From: an uncultured Planctomycetaceae bacterium
Lineage (GTDB): Bacteria > Planctomycetota > Planctomycetia > Pirellulales > PALSA-1355
DNA: 64,000 nt
NCBI GenBank assembly: GCA_963785305.1
Contig: CAWAUV010000007.1
Span: 1,248,001 to 1,312,000, forward strand
Reading direction: 5' to 3'
This document shows, in pieces, positions 35,859 to 46,968 of this stretch. The notes under the pieces were generated by a model. The model was not told the origin of the DNA. It did no database searches and saw only the letters and a list, made by a program, of their open reading frames with translations. Position 1 is the stretch's first letter. Each line of letters begins with the position of its first letter. Position numbers and translations under genes: made by a program.

Positions 35859-37251
35859 ATGCCTGAACCCCAACGGTATGATGTCCTTGTACTTGGCGGC
35901 GGGGCGGGCGGTAACTTCATGGCCTGGCACATGGCCAAGGCCGGGCTGCGGACTGCCGTTGTCGAGCGCAAGTTGATCGGCGGCAGCTGCCCGAACACCA
36001 ATTGTCTACCGAGCAAAAACGAGATCTGGAGCGCGAAAGTCGCTGATCTGGTCCATCACGCGGCCAGGTTTGGGCTTGTGGCCGGTTCGACCGCCATCGA
36101 CATGGGACGCGTGCGCCAACGCAAACGCGCGATGGTCGATGGGATTGTCGCCGTCCTACTCAACCAATACAAGGTCAGCGGCGCCGAACTGGTCATGGGC
36201 ACGGGGGCCTTCGTCTCGCCAAAAACGCTGGAGGTTCGGCTGAACGACGGCGGCACGCGCATACTCACGGGCGAGCGCGTCTTTGTGAACGTGGGTACCA
36301 GCGCCACCATCCCGCCGATCCCCGGGCTGGCAGCCGCTAAGCCGCTTACCCACATTGAGGTGCTTGAACTAGACCGGCTGCCCGACCACCTCGTCGTACT
36401 CGGCGGCGGATATGTTGGTCTTGAATTTGCTCAGGCCTATCGGCGCTTCGGCAGCCGAGTGACGGTCATCGAGCCGGGTCCGCAACTCCTCAGTCACGAG
36501 GATCCAGACATCGCGGAAGAAATCCGCCGCATTCTCATCAGCGAGGAGATCGAGGTTCTGTGCGGTACCAAAATTCTCGGAGTCGAGGGGCGATCAGGAG
36601 AAGGCCTCCGCCTGCGCGAAGACGGCCAATCGGGAGCGCACCATCGCTAGCAGCGATGTCCTCGTGGCGGCGGGAAGGACTGCTAATACGGCCGGCATTG
36701 GACTCGAAAGCGCCGGAGTCGAGTTGGACGCGAATGGTTTCGTCAAAGTCAATGATCGTCTCGAGACTACCGCTCACAATGTTTGGGCGATCGGCGAATG
36801 CGCCGGCAGTCCACAATTCACGCACATCTCCTTGGACGACTTTCGGATCATCAGGGACAACTTAGCCGGGGGAAATCGCAGCACCCGCGATCGGATCATT
36901 CCTTATTGCTTGTTCACGGATCCTCCACTGGCAAGGGTCGGAATTCACGAAGAAGAAGCCCGCCAGCGAAAAATCGCCGTCCGTGTGGCCACGCTCCCTA
37001 TGAGCCATGTATTGCGAACCCAGACCACCGGTGAGACGGCCGGTGTTATGAAAGTCCTCGTGGAAGCGCACGGTGACCGCATCCTCGGTTTTGCGATGAT
37101 CGGGCCTGAGGCCGGAGAAGTCATGACGGTGGTGCAGACGGCCATGCTCGCCGGTTTGCCCTACACATTCTTTCGCGACGCTATTCTCGCCCATCCAACG
37201 ATGGCCGAGGGCCTCAATGGACTGTTCGCCGCGGTCCCATCGGTTCACTGA
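35859..37251 (+). CDS. Class I pyridine nucleotide-disulfide oxidoreductase (MerA/RclA/LpdA-like; frameshift near 36620)
   Basis: GGGAGG, GGSCPNTNCLPSK, GGGYVGLE, HPTMAE; no C-terminal Cys pair. Confidence 0.88.
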
Positions 37252-37326
37252 TCCGGATTTTTGTGTTTGATTCTAAGGAGCCTGCCCACCCGACGAATAC
37301 CCTTTAAGGCAACTGGGAACGATTCC

Positions 37327-37938
37327 ATGAAGATGGTCGCTAAAGAGATAGCCGGATACTCGTATGGGATGGCCGATGTCGCCAAATCGCCTGTCTCACT
37401 GCAGGAACTCGAAGATTTGAAAAGTAGCGTGGGCTTCACGAAGGAAGACCAAGACTTCCTACGGCGTGCCGGTGATGTGCTCGCAGAGCAGACCAAGGAA
37501 ATAGTCGACCACTGGCGCAAAGGAATCATCGCCAGCATCCCGCACCTTGCCCGACATACTCGCACGCCCGAAGGGAACGCGATTCCAGAATATCTGGAAA
37601 AGAGTAACCTTCGTTTTCAGCAGTGGATCATAGACACTTGTTTGCGGCCCTACGATCAGGAGTGGCTCAATTACCAACACGAAATCGCTCTACGACATAC
37701 CAGTTTAAGAAAGAACCAGGTCGACGGAATTAGGTCCACGCCGTTCGTTCCATTTCGTGACATTATTGCATTCATTGTGGTGATGAACCAGACCATCAAG
37801 CCGTATCTTGCGGCGAAGTGCAACTCCGTGGAAGATGTGGACAAGATGCATTGGGCGTGGTGCAAGTCAATTCAGTTACAACTTACGCTTTGGGCTCGCG
37901 TTTACATGGACACCAAGCAGAAGCTGGACGATTGGTAA
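37327..37938 (+). CDS. Protoglobin
   Basis: IAGYSYG..SPVSLQELEDLK..FTKEDQDFLRRAGDVL, RFQQWIIDT, WLNYQHEIALRH, AWCKS resemble single-domain protoglobins. Confidence 0.85.
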   Translation: MKMVAKEIAGYSYGMADVAKSPVSLQELEDLKSSVGFTKEDQDFLRRAGDVLAEQTKEIVDHWRKGIIASIPHLARHTRTPEGNAIPEYLEKSNLRFQQWIIDTCLRPYDQEWLNYQHEIALRHTSLRKNQVDGIRSTPFVPFRDIIAFIVVMNQTIKPYLAAKCNSVEDVDKMHWAWCKSIQLQLTLWARVYMDTKQKLDDW

Positions 37939-38263
37939 AATACCGGCCCAAACTCCCAACCGAGCCGACGGCAATCGAGACCTTGCGGACGTCGGTTCGG
38001 AAGACCGAAGCGCCGACTTTGGAGCTTGTCCGAGCATGAAACCGCCGTTCTTTGGCAGCAACCGGCCGTCGCGAGAGTGGCGAGGGGATTTGAACTCGGT
38101 AACTTGAGGATTAGCAGTGCCTTCAAATGGTCGTGCCGCCCAGTCGATCTCAATTGGCTGGCTGCACTTGGTGGGTGTGCTTAAACATCAAGGGCAAAGC
38201 GTTGCCGTTAAACGAGGTTCGTCTCGTCGCACATTCAGTCGGCCGCCCAACAGTGTGTCTAGT

Positions 38264-40118
38264 CCTTAAACAAGCGTAGCTGGATCCGGCTTGCCGGCCT
38301 TTTCGTCGGCTGGCGGGGCGCAGCAACGGCGTCCGGTGCCGGCAGGCACGCGGTTCGGTTCGGGTTGTCGTCGGGCATGGTCGATTGCTTTCTGTGGCTG
38401 GGCGTGGCGGCGGACCGGAGCATCCGGACTCCGGCTTCAATGAACTTTGGTTCAACAGCGAAGCTGATCGAGCCAGCGGAACAGCACCCGCTGCCAAGGG
38501 CTCCAATTCAACAAGCGGTAGATCAAACGCCGGCCGGTCTGCACGATCTGACAGGGCAACCGCACCACGGCGTTGCGGAACGTCTTGAACTCCATCCGCA
38601 ACACCCGCTGCTTTTCCTCGCGACCTCCGGCTCGCTCTGTGGCCCGCGCCCCTCGGGCAAGCACAGAGTGCCCACCAGGCTTTCAGGTTCCAGGCCAGCG
38701 ACGTCATCACCATGTAGGCCCAGTTGCTCACCAGGTTGTCGACCGGCGCGTGCAAGGCCCGCACGCTGCCCTTGAGTTGGGCAGCAGGTTCTCTTGATCG
38801 CAGCGATCGTTGGCCTCGAACACGACTTCCGCCGCCGACAAGCCACCGGTCATTGGTAAGGTAGAAGAAGTAGCGGTAGTCGGGAACAACACCGCTTGGC
38901 CCTGGCATGACTTCCAGGCAACTTCTTCACCACGATCATGCGATAGGTCTTCTGGCAGGCCGCCGGCCGGTACTCGAACTCGGCAACCTCTTCCCCACCA
39001 GCCGGATGTTCTTGAACTCGCGCTGGCGTACGATCGGTTCTTTGACGTTGTCCGGCCGTGCTCCGGGGCTTGGTCTGCACCTGCGTAGCGCGGCGGACGA
39101 ACCGAGCTTTTTCCAGGCTTTTTCCGGCAAATCGTCGGCCAACACGTGCAAGATTCGGCAGTGCAGTCGATGCCGAAGATGAACCGCACCCGCGGGTCGT
39201 CGCTCCAGCGGTCGAGATGCCTGGTCTGCGTGAAGTCGGTGTCGCCACGCAACAGCACCTGCCGAAGCCGCCGGCGAAGCAGATTTCCAGCACGCGATCG
39301 ACTTCCTCCGCCGCCCCTTCGTGGCTGGGCCGATTGCCCGAGCGGTTGACCACGCTCAGCACCTCGCCCGTGTTGGCCAGCGACACCACCAGCGGATGAT
39401 AGCCCCAGGTGCCCTTGTAGGAGATGTCCATGCCCTGTTTGCACTCGCCGCCGGTGGGCACCAGCGTGCCGTCCATGTCGATCCGCGCTTCGTCGGAAGA
39501 ACTCGCCGGGCTGTCGAGCCCAGGCCTTCTGCCGCATTTCGTGGAAGACGTCGAGCAGCGTGCGGACATGGTGCTCCTGGAAGCGGCGGCAGAAGTCGCC
39601 GGCGGTGGTCGGGTCGGGAATGCGCCGCGCGCCCAAGGCGTCGAGATAGACTTCGTCGGTGCGCCGCAGTTCCAAGTCTTCCAGGCAATCGCCGTCGCAC
39701 AGGGCGTTGTAGGCCAGGTTCAGCACGTGATCGCTTTCGTGATACGGCAGATGAATCTTCAGCAGGTGCAGCCGGCGGTCGATGGCCTCGGCCAGGCCGA
39801 GTTCCTGCACCAGCAACCGCATCGAGCCGATGACCGCCGTAGGCCAGACCTTGCGTGCGCTGGGCCAATTCATAACGGATGTTGCCCGGCCGCAGCATCG
39901 GCCGCTCGCATCCTTCGCAGTTCGACTTCTCGATTCGTCGATCCAGACGACTCTTGCGGGCGGCCAGTTGTCGGCGTATCTTGATGTTCACTCGAAATCC
40001 TTCCGTGGCTGCGGTGTTTGCGAATTCAACACTCACAAAATACCGCAAAACCGCTGAAGGATTTCGTTTTTTTCTGCCCGCGAGGAAAAATCACGCCTCC
40101 GAGTACGCTTGGTTAAGG
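38264..40118 (-). mobile_element. IS1380-family element, copy 2 (diverged from copy 1)
   Basis: Ends CCTTAAACAAGCGTA / TACGCTTGGTTAAGG, 6-bp direct repeat TCTAGT. Confidence 0.9.
38452..39991 (-). CDS. IS1380 transposase (many frameshifts; possibly pseudogene)
   Basis: Same motifs as copy 1 spread over several frames; GTG start 39991. Confidence 0.82.
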
Positions 40119-40181
40119 TCTAGTCGGGGCGACAGCCGACTGTCTTGATTCCGCAACTGGTATCGAACAGGAGTATGAAAT

Positions 40182-40936
40182 ATGGAGGCGAAACTCGCGG
40201 GCAAAATTGCCCTCATCACAGGTGGCACCAGCGGGCTCGGACTCGCGACCGCAAAGCGCTTCATCTCCGAAGGCGCGAAGGTTGTCGTCACCGGACGCCG
40301 TCAAGTCGAACTCGACGCGGCCGTTATGGAACTCGGTGAAAGCGCCTTCGGGGTGCGGGGGGACGTGACGAACCTGACTGATCTTGACGACCTCTACGCG
40401 ACAATCCGCGAGAAGTTCTCTCGCCTCGACATTCTGTTCGCCAATGCGGGCGGCGGAGCGTTTGTCCCCCTTGGAGAAATCACCGAAGAGCATTTCGACA
40501 AGTACTTCGGGATCAACGTGAAGGGAACGCTCTTCACGGTGCAGAAGGCGCTGCCGCTCATGGCGCCGGGCAGTGCAATCGTGATCAACGCTTCGATGGT
40601 TACAGTCAAGGGGTTGCCGGGTTTCAGCGTTTACGCGGCAACGAAGGCGGCACTCCGATCATTTCGCGCACTTGGGCGGTGGACCTGAAAGGGACGAACA
40701 TCCGCGTCAACGTGGTGAGTCCTGGAACGGTCGTCACCCCCGCGTACAAGAGCGAACTGGGGATGAACGATGAGCAAATCCAAGCGTTTGAGGCGGAGGC
40801 GGCCTCGAAAACACCGCTCGGACGGTCGGGCACGCCGGATGAGATCGCCCGTGCAGTCGTCTTCCTCGCTTCCGACGATAGCAGTTACATGACAGGGACC
40901 GAATTATTCGTGGACGGTGGCGCTGCCCAGATCTAG
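40182..40936 (+). CDS. Short-chain dehydrogenase/reductase (frameshift near 40675)
   Basis: [31 protein letters not shown]. Confidence 0.92.
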
Positions 40937-41365
40937 CGTGCCAAGTGAACCTAAACGCAAAAGCGACATTCATTCAACGCACGTGCAGAAGTCCGCGATA
41001 GCCCCCGCGCTCGCAGCGGGAGATTTCCGCAAGAAGCGAACCGGAGCCACGAGCGGAACAAGATTCAGAGTAGAACCGGCGACGGTGGCCATGTACCGGC
41101 TAGCGGCGTTCAGCTCACCTGCGTATTGGATCAGGAGAGCGGTTAGGATCGCCTGATTCGCCCCGTGCTGGTGAAGATTATGCTGGGCATGAGGCGCTTT
41201 ACTTGGTGATCAGCAGCTGGGCGGCTTTTGTCGAAAAGCAATCACTGCACTGTCGGCTCTTCGTCAGCGTGACGACTCTCAGAAGCGACGCGGTTTGGAG
41301 TCATCGTAGTCTATTTTGTTCAAGGCCGCGAGACGGTACACCACCGCACTATCAATGCAACATAA

Positions 41366-41440
41366 TCGGGGCGACAGGATTTGAACCTGCGACCTCTTGA
41401 CCCCCAGTCAAGCGCGCTAGCCAGGCTGCGCCACGCCCCG
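41366..41440 (-). tRNA. tRNA-Pro(GGG)
   Basis: CGGGGCGTGGCGCAGCCTGGCTAGCGCGCTTGACTGGGGGTCAAGAGGTCGCAGGTTCAAATCCTGTCGCCCCGA cloverleaf; CCA not encoded. Confidence 0.97.
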
Positions 41441-41738
41441 TGTGGTTCGAGGCGCGGGCGATCCAATGCCGGTCGGGCGCCGTAATTATCGCGCTCCGGC
41501 GGCCGGTTCGCCACGCTGCCTCTCGCCCCGTTATAGTAATCCGTCTGGCGCGCCACAAGGCGCCGGATAAATCTTGCGCCTCGGGCGGAGATTTTTCCGT
41601 AGTCCCGAGGGACAGCTCCCCCAGCGGGCCGCATACCGCCGGGCAATCGAGTCGGATAGTATTTGCTCCCAGGACTCGGTGCTCAAGTCTCTCGTTCCCG
41701 TACGGTTCTCTACTTCTTCCAGCGAAGGCGACCTAGCG

Positions 41739-43155
41739 ATGCCGATGTTTATTGCCGGACAGTGGCGGGACACGGCCCGGATGTTCGAGGTTCGCAATCC
41801 CTTTAGCGGCGAGGTGATTGACCAAGCGCCGATCGCCGAACCCGCCGATGTCGAAGACGCCCTTGGCGGGGCGACTGAAGGCGCCCGCGTCATGCGTGGG
41901 CTCGCCGGCTACGAACGGTTTCGCATTCTTCGCCGGGCGGCCGATCTTGTGGTCGAGCGGCGGGAGTCGCTCGGGCGGCTCATTAGCTCCGAAGAAGGCA
42001 AGACGCTCGCCGAAGGGCGCGCCGAAGCCCTACGCGCCTCCGAGACGCTCGAGCTTTCGGCCGAGGAAGCCAAGCGGCTCTCGGGCGAGACCCTGCCGCT
42101 CGACGGCGCGAGCAACGGCGCCGGTAAGCTCGGGTTCACGCTCCGCGTGCCCTGCGGCGTGGTGGCGGCGATCACTCCGTTTAACTTTCCGCTGAATCTG
42201 GTTTGCCACAAGGCGGGGCCCGCGCTGGCGGCGGGCAACGCGGTGATCATCAAGCCGGCCAGCGACACGCCGCTTTCGGCCCTCGCGCTGACTGCGCATT
42301 TTGCTCGAAGCCGGACTACCACCGCTGGCGATTGCGTGCGTCACCGGCGCCGGCAAGGTCGTGGGCGACGCGCTGGCCCGCGATGGCCGAGTGCGCAAGA
42401 TCAGCTTCACCGGCAGCCGCGAGGTGGGCGCGCATATCACACAGTTGGCGGGCGTGAAACGCATCACGCTCGAGCTCGGGTCGAATTGCCCGCTGATTGT
42501 GATGGACGACGCCGACCTCGAGCTTGTGGCCCAGGCCACGGTGGCGAGCGGCTATGGCAATGCGGGCCAGGTCTGTGTGTCGGCCCAGCGGGTGATCGTC
42601 GCGAGAAAATCCTATGGCGACTTTCTCGACGCACTCCAACCCAAAGTGGCGAGCCTCGTCACCGGCGATCAACTCGCGCCGCGAACGCAAATGGGCCCGA
42701 TGGTCCGCGAGGCCGACGCGCGGCGGGTGAGCCAGTGGATCGACGAGGCCCGGCATGAGGGGGCTCGGGTGCTGGTGGGCGGAAGCCACTCGGGCGCCGT
42801 GCATGAGCCGACGATCGTAGCCGATGTCACGCCGAAGATGCGTATCTTTCGCGAGGAGCTGTTTGGCCCGGCGGTGGCGGTGTCGCCGGCCGACGATCTC
42901 ACGGCGGCGATTGCCCTGGCCAACGACACTCCCTACGGCCTCGGCGCCTCGATATTCACTCGCGATATCGGCCGGGCGATGCGATTTGCCCGCGAGGTCG
43001 ACGCCGGCAATCTGCACATCAATTCGGGCCCAAGCTGGCGGGCCGACATGATGCCCTACGGCGGGCTCAAGCAGAGCGGCGTGGGCCGCGAGGGAGTTCG
43101 CTATGCGGTCGAGGAAATGTCGGAGTGGAAGACGGTGGTGTTCCATGGGATGTGA
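41739..43155 (+). CDS. Aldehyde dehydrogenase (frameshift near 42295)
   Basis: ITPFNFP, FTGS, LELGSN, GQVCVS, EELFGP, PYGGLKQSG. Confidence 0.93.
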
Positions 43156-43180
43156 GACGCGCGAATGCGGCCGAGGAACG

Positions 43181-43342
43181 GATGAGGAGAATTCGGCCAC
43201 GGACACGCACGGAAACGGCACGGAAAAGGCGGGTGACGAGGAGAATGCGGGCCAGGACACGCACGGGAAGGACTCGGAAAGGGCGGATGACGGGGAGAAT
43301 TCGGCCACGGACACGCACGGAAACGGCACGGAAAGGGCGGGG
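43181..43342. repeat. Tandem repeat, 3 x 54 bp
   Basis: Units start 43181, 43235, 43289; core CCACGGACACGCACGGAAACGGCACGGAAA. Confidence 0.85.
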
Positions 43343-43446
43343 TTAGGGGATAAAAGGCGGCGTTTCGCCAGGTAATCGAGGCCGGAATGGAATGATCGAC
43401 GAGGGGGGATCGAAACTGGATAATCGACGTGCGGGCGACGCGAGAG

Positions 43447-44670
43447 TCAGGCAACTGCCCGCAAGATGAGTGTGGTGTTGTTGCCGCCGAAGCCGAAGGA
43501 GTTCGAGAGCGCCATGCGCACTCGTTGCTCCCGGGCGACATTCGCCACATGGTTCAGCTCGCAGCGCGGATCGACTTCATCGAGGTTGATCGTCGGCGGA
43601 ATCACATGATCGCGCAAGGCGATGAGGCAGGCGACCGCTTCCACGGCGGCGGCGGCGCTGAGCATGTGGCCGGTCATGCTCTTGGTCGAACTGATCGGAA
43701 TCGTCCTGGCGCATTCGCCTAGGGCTTGGCACAGCACTTGGGTTTCCACCAGGTCGCCGACGGGCGTGCCGGTGGCATGGGCATTGATGTAGTCGATCTC
43801 ATGCGGTTCGATTCGGGCCTCGGCCATTGCGGCGCGGAGCGCGATCGCCGCCTGCTCCCCGCTCGGCGCGGGAATCACCATGTGGTGGGCATCGCTCGAC
43901 GAGCCACAGCCGGCCACTTCGGCATAGGGCGTGGCGCCGCGGCGACGGGCCGAGGCCCCATGTTCGAGCACGAACATCGCGCCGCCTTCGCCGAGCACCA
44001 TGCCGTCGCGGTAGGCGTCGAATGGCCGCAGCGCCTGGGCCGGGGCGTCATTGCGTCGCGAGAGGGCCCGCAGGTTGCCGAAGGCGCCCAATGAAAAGGG
44101 CGACACTCCCATATCGCAGCCGCCCGCCAGACACACATCGACAAGCCCCAGGGCGAGCCACTGCCGAGCTTGTTCGATCGCGTGGTTGCCACTCGCGCAG
44201 GCGGCGGCCACGGAGAGCGTCGGACCGCTGATGCTTAAGTGGCGTTCGAGTCGCGGGCCGATCGACTCCTGATCGAGCTCGGGCCGGTAGAGTCGCTGGC
44301 CGTGGCGAGCTACGTCTTGCTCCCAGACTTCGCTCCATTCGGAGCCAAGCCCGAGCACGATGCCGATTCGCGAGGCTTGCCTTCGTTCCCAGAGCCCCGA
44401 GTCGCGAAGCGCTTCGGCGCCGCAGTGCAAGGCGCATTGTTCGAGTCGATTGAGACCGGCGAACGCTTGGGCTTCGAAGCCCGCGGGGCACGGGACTTCG
44501 AGCACTTGCCCGGCCATTTGACAGGGATGTTGCGAGATGTCGAAATTCTCGACGCGGCGGATTCCCGATCGGCCGGCGACGAGTCCGGCGGCGGTTTCGG
44601 CGAAATTGGTTCCCAGCGACGATAGGGCGCCGACTCCGGTGATCCAAACCGATTGATGATCGCGTTTCAT
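43447..44670 (-). CDS. Beta-ketoacyl-ACP synthase (FabF-like)
   Basis: AACASG, INAHATGT, KSMTGH, NSFGFGG: intact Cys-His-His. Confidence 0.92.
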   Translation of the reverse strand: MKRDHQSVWITGVGALSSLGTNFAETAAGLVAGRSGIRRVENFDISQHPCQMAGQVLEVPCPAGFEAQAFAGLNRLEQCALHCGAEALRDSGLWERRQASRIGIVLGLGSEWSEVWEQDVARHGQRLYRPELDQESIGPRLERHLSISGPTLSVAAACASGNHAIEQARQWLALGLVDVCLAGGCDMGVSPFSLGAFGNLRALSRRNDAPAQALRPFDAYRDGMVLGEGGAMFVLEHGASARRRGATPYAEVAGCGSSSDAHHMVIPAPSGEQAAIALRAAMAEARIEPHEIDYINAHATGTPVGDLVETQVLCQALGECARTIPISSTKSMTGHMLSAAAAVEAVACLIALRDHVIPPTINLDEVDPRCELNHVANVAREQRVRMALSNSFGFGGNNTTLILRAVA

Positions 44671-45638
44671 GATTTTGTCAGCGGTTGGAGAGCGGGGGAG
44701 GAGAGCGTCGCGTCGTTGCGATTGGCCGCGAGACCCAAGGGCGCCGGAGCGCCGGAGATCGCCGGAGCGTGCGTGGCGGCGAGAGCGTCAGCGGTCGCCG
44801 AATGCAATTCGATTTGTTGCGTCAGGCCGCCGCCAAGCTCCGCGGTCAACAAGATACGGGCGCCGCGCGAGCCGCCGGGGCGACGTTCGCCGATCGCCCG
44901 CGCCTCGTGACACGCGTGGCTCAGCAGCGACAATCGCGAGGCTCGCGGCGCGGATTTCGCCGCGTCGTTTGCACTGGCGGCGGGGCGCATGCGCACATGA
45001 AGCGAGGAGCCGGGCCGTTCCGAGGGCGCGCCGTCGATCGCCATGGCCAATGCCAGGCAACTGGGTTCATTGATCGGTTCCGGGCGATTGGCCGCCACGA
45101 CATACTCGGGCTCCCAACCGGTCCAAACAAGCCAAGCGCCCTTGCTTCGCTGGCGCTGGAGCACATTGAGCGCGGCGAGCGCCCCGTCGCGCTCGCTTTC
45201 GCTGCCGCCGCCGACGCCGATCGCGGCGCCGCGGGCGCCGAGCGCAAGGCTGAGAGTGCTGGCCTGGGCATGGTGCATGGCGTTGGGAATGAACTGCATG
45301 GAGACGCCCCACGCGCCATCGATGGCGAAGCGATCGAGCGTTTGCGAGACCATGGCCCGGCCGAAGAATCGCGGCGCCGCGACAATGCTCCACGCCGCGA
45401 AGTCGACCGCGGCCAATTGAAAATGATCGATGGCGCGAAACACGGCGGCCAGCGCGGCCACGGTCTGATCCTCGCAGTGCTTTAGGGCAATCGGCGTGGC
45501 GTTGGGCGGAAAGAAGTTGGCCGACGTTTTGCGCGTTTGAGCGATTTCAGGGAGCGTGAGCCGAACCGCGCTCCAGCCGACGATCGGATAACGGCAATCG
45601 AACTCGGGAGCGGCCGAGGTGTTCGCGGGCATGGTCAT
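44667..45638 (-). CDS. Degenerate ketosynthase-like / chain-length-factor-like protein
   Basis: SMQFIPNAMHHAQASTLSLALG resembles the KS N-terminal fold; no catalytic motifs; 4-bp overlap with KS gene. Confidence 0.6.
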   Translation of the reverse strand: MTMPANTSAAPEFDCRYPIVGWSAVRLTLPEIAQTRKTSANFFPPNATPIALKHCEDQTVAALAAVFRAIDHFQLAAVDFAAWSIVAAPRFFGRAMVSQTLDRFAIDGAWGVSMQFIPNAMHHAQASTLSLALGARGAAIGVGGGSESERDGALAALNVLQRQRSKGAWLVWTGWEPEYVVAANRPEPINEPSCLALAMAIDGAPSERPGSSLHVRMRPAASANDAAKSAPRASRLSLLSHACHEARAIGERRPGGSRGARILLTAELGGGLTQQIELHSATADALAATHAPAISGAPAPLGLAANRNDATLSSPALQPLTKS

Positions 45639-45683
45639 CGTGGCGAATGTTCCGGTGGATGAAGCGAATATTGGCTAGCGAGT

Positions 45684-46607
45684 TTAACGCTGGCCGAGCC
45701 GAGCAGGCTGGGCATTGGGAACGGCTTGGTTGATCGGAGCGGGCGGGCCGCTCGGCGGAGCATAACCCAGCGGCGCGGGCTGGCGGCCGGGCAGGGATTG
45801 GCCGACCGGCGCGGGTTGGCCGGCCGGCGCGGGTTGGCCGATGAGAGCGGGCTGGCCTATTGGCGCGGGGCGACCCGGCGGCGATTCACGCACGATGCGT
45901 TTCAGCTTCATCTGCGTGGGATAACCGCTTTCGACGCCCTCCTGACGCACGACCAACCCGTCGCGATCGAGCCAGATTTTGACGTCGACATCGCCGGAGA
46001 AGCGAAATTCGGTACAAGGAATCGTCACGCCATCGATCACCACGCGATCTTCGCCGCCGCGATTGATGCGAATCTTTTGCAAGGCGCCGGTCGAGGCGTC
46101 GATGATTTGCACCGGTTCGTTCAACCCGCGGAGCACGGGCAGCCGCCAGTAGTTCGAGGTCAATGCGACTTCCGGGCCGGTCACTTGCTTGGCGTTTATC
46201 TGGGCTTGGGTTTGGCCGGGCCGCACCAAGCCGCCCACGGCGTATTTCTTGCCGCCATCGGCGCCGGAGTTACTAAATCGCTCGAGCCGATCTTCGACCC
46301 AGGTCTCGGCGCCATGAAACTCGAAAGTGTATGTGTAGACCACGAGATTCATTTGCACGAGCGCATCGGTCGTGACTTGGGTGCGCCGGCCGGGATAGTG
46401 CTCGATCTTGAATGTGGTCGTGCCGCGAGGCGTGCCTTTGACGAGCACTTCGAACTCGCGGATTTCTCGGGAGAGCGGGGCCTCGTCGGCCGCGGCGGCG
46501 ATCGCGCGTGGCGCGAGGAGCGCGACGATCGCCACGATCGCGCGCTGGACGAGGTGTTTGCGGGATTCCGAACAATCGAAAACGCTTGGGGCGGGGTTTT
46601 GAAACAT
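45684..46607 (-). CDS. Secreted beta-rich protein (DUF6134-like) with GQPAP repeat tail
   Basis: Signal-like helix, YTFEFHGAETW, LTSNYWRLP, IWLDRDGLVVR. Confidence 0.65.
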   Translation of the reverse strand: MFQNPAPSVFDCSESRKHLVQRAIVAIVALLAPRAIAAAADEAPLSREIREFEVLVKGTPRGTTTFKIEHYPGRRTQVTTDALVQMNLVVYTYTFEFHGAETWVEDRLERFSNSGADGGKKYAVGGLVRPGQTQAQINAKQVTGPEVALTSNYWRLPVLRGLNEPVQIIDASTGALQKIRINRGGEDRVVIDGVTIPCTEFRFSGDVDVKIWLDRDGLVVRQEGVESGYPTQMKLKRIVRESPPGRPAPIGQPALIGQPAPAGQPAPVGQSLPGRQPAPLGYAPPSGPPAPINQAVPNAQPARLGQR

Positions 46608-46968
46608 CGCGGGGGCTCCTGACCGAGGGGGGCGGCGGCGCGATCCGCGCCGCGCGGGGGCGATCGGCGACGTAGCGGAAGCAAGCGGGGGCGAAGCATA
46701 GCGGAAATGCCATCCGCGAGCCAAGGCGGCTTTCGCAAGAACCTGCTTCAAGAAAACAGACGCCCCGGAATCCCCCGCGTCGCGAGATTGCAATTCAAGA
46801 GCAAACGCGGCGCGAGCCCGCGCGGGCCTTCCAGGCGTCGGCGAAATGTGAACTGTCTAAAATGTCATTGCGACTCCGAGAACTCGCATGGCTTAAATTC
46901 GCTGGAATCGCCATAATGGACAAAGTCTATCGACACATGTATCTCGCCTTGCCAGGAAGAGGGCTTTT

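Noticed and set aside
35859..37251. merA mercuric reductase
   Set aside because: No C-terminal Cys-Cys pair, no NmerA domain, no mer genes nearby
38072..38100. tRNA-like fragment (GGATTTGAAC)
   Set aside because: T-stem does not pair and no cloverleaf forms
38236..38263. Integron attC site (GCCCAAC box)
   Set aside because: Reconstructed hairpin is too short, lacks a GTTRRRY partner, and no integrase is present
32466..40118. Single composite transposon carrying protoglobin
   Set aside because: Each IS1380 has its own target duplication and the copies are diverged, so they inserted independently
43181..43342. CRISPR array
   Set aside because: Whole 54-bp units repeat with no unique spacers; no cas genes in the window
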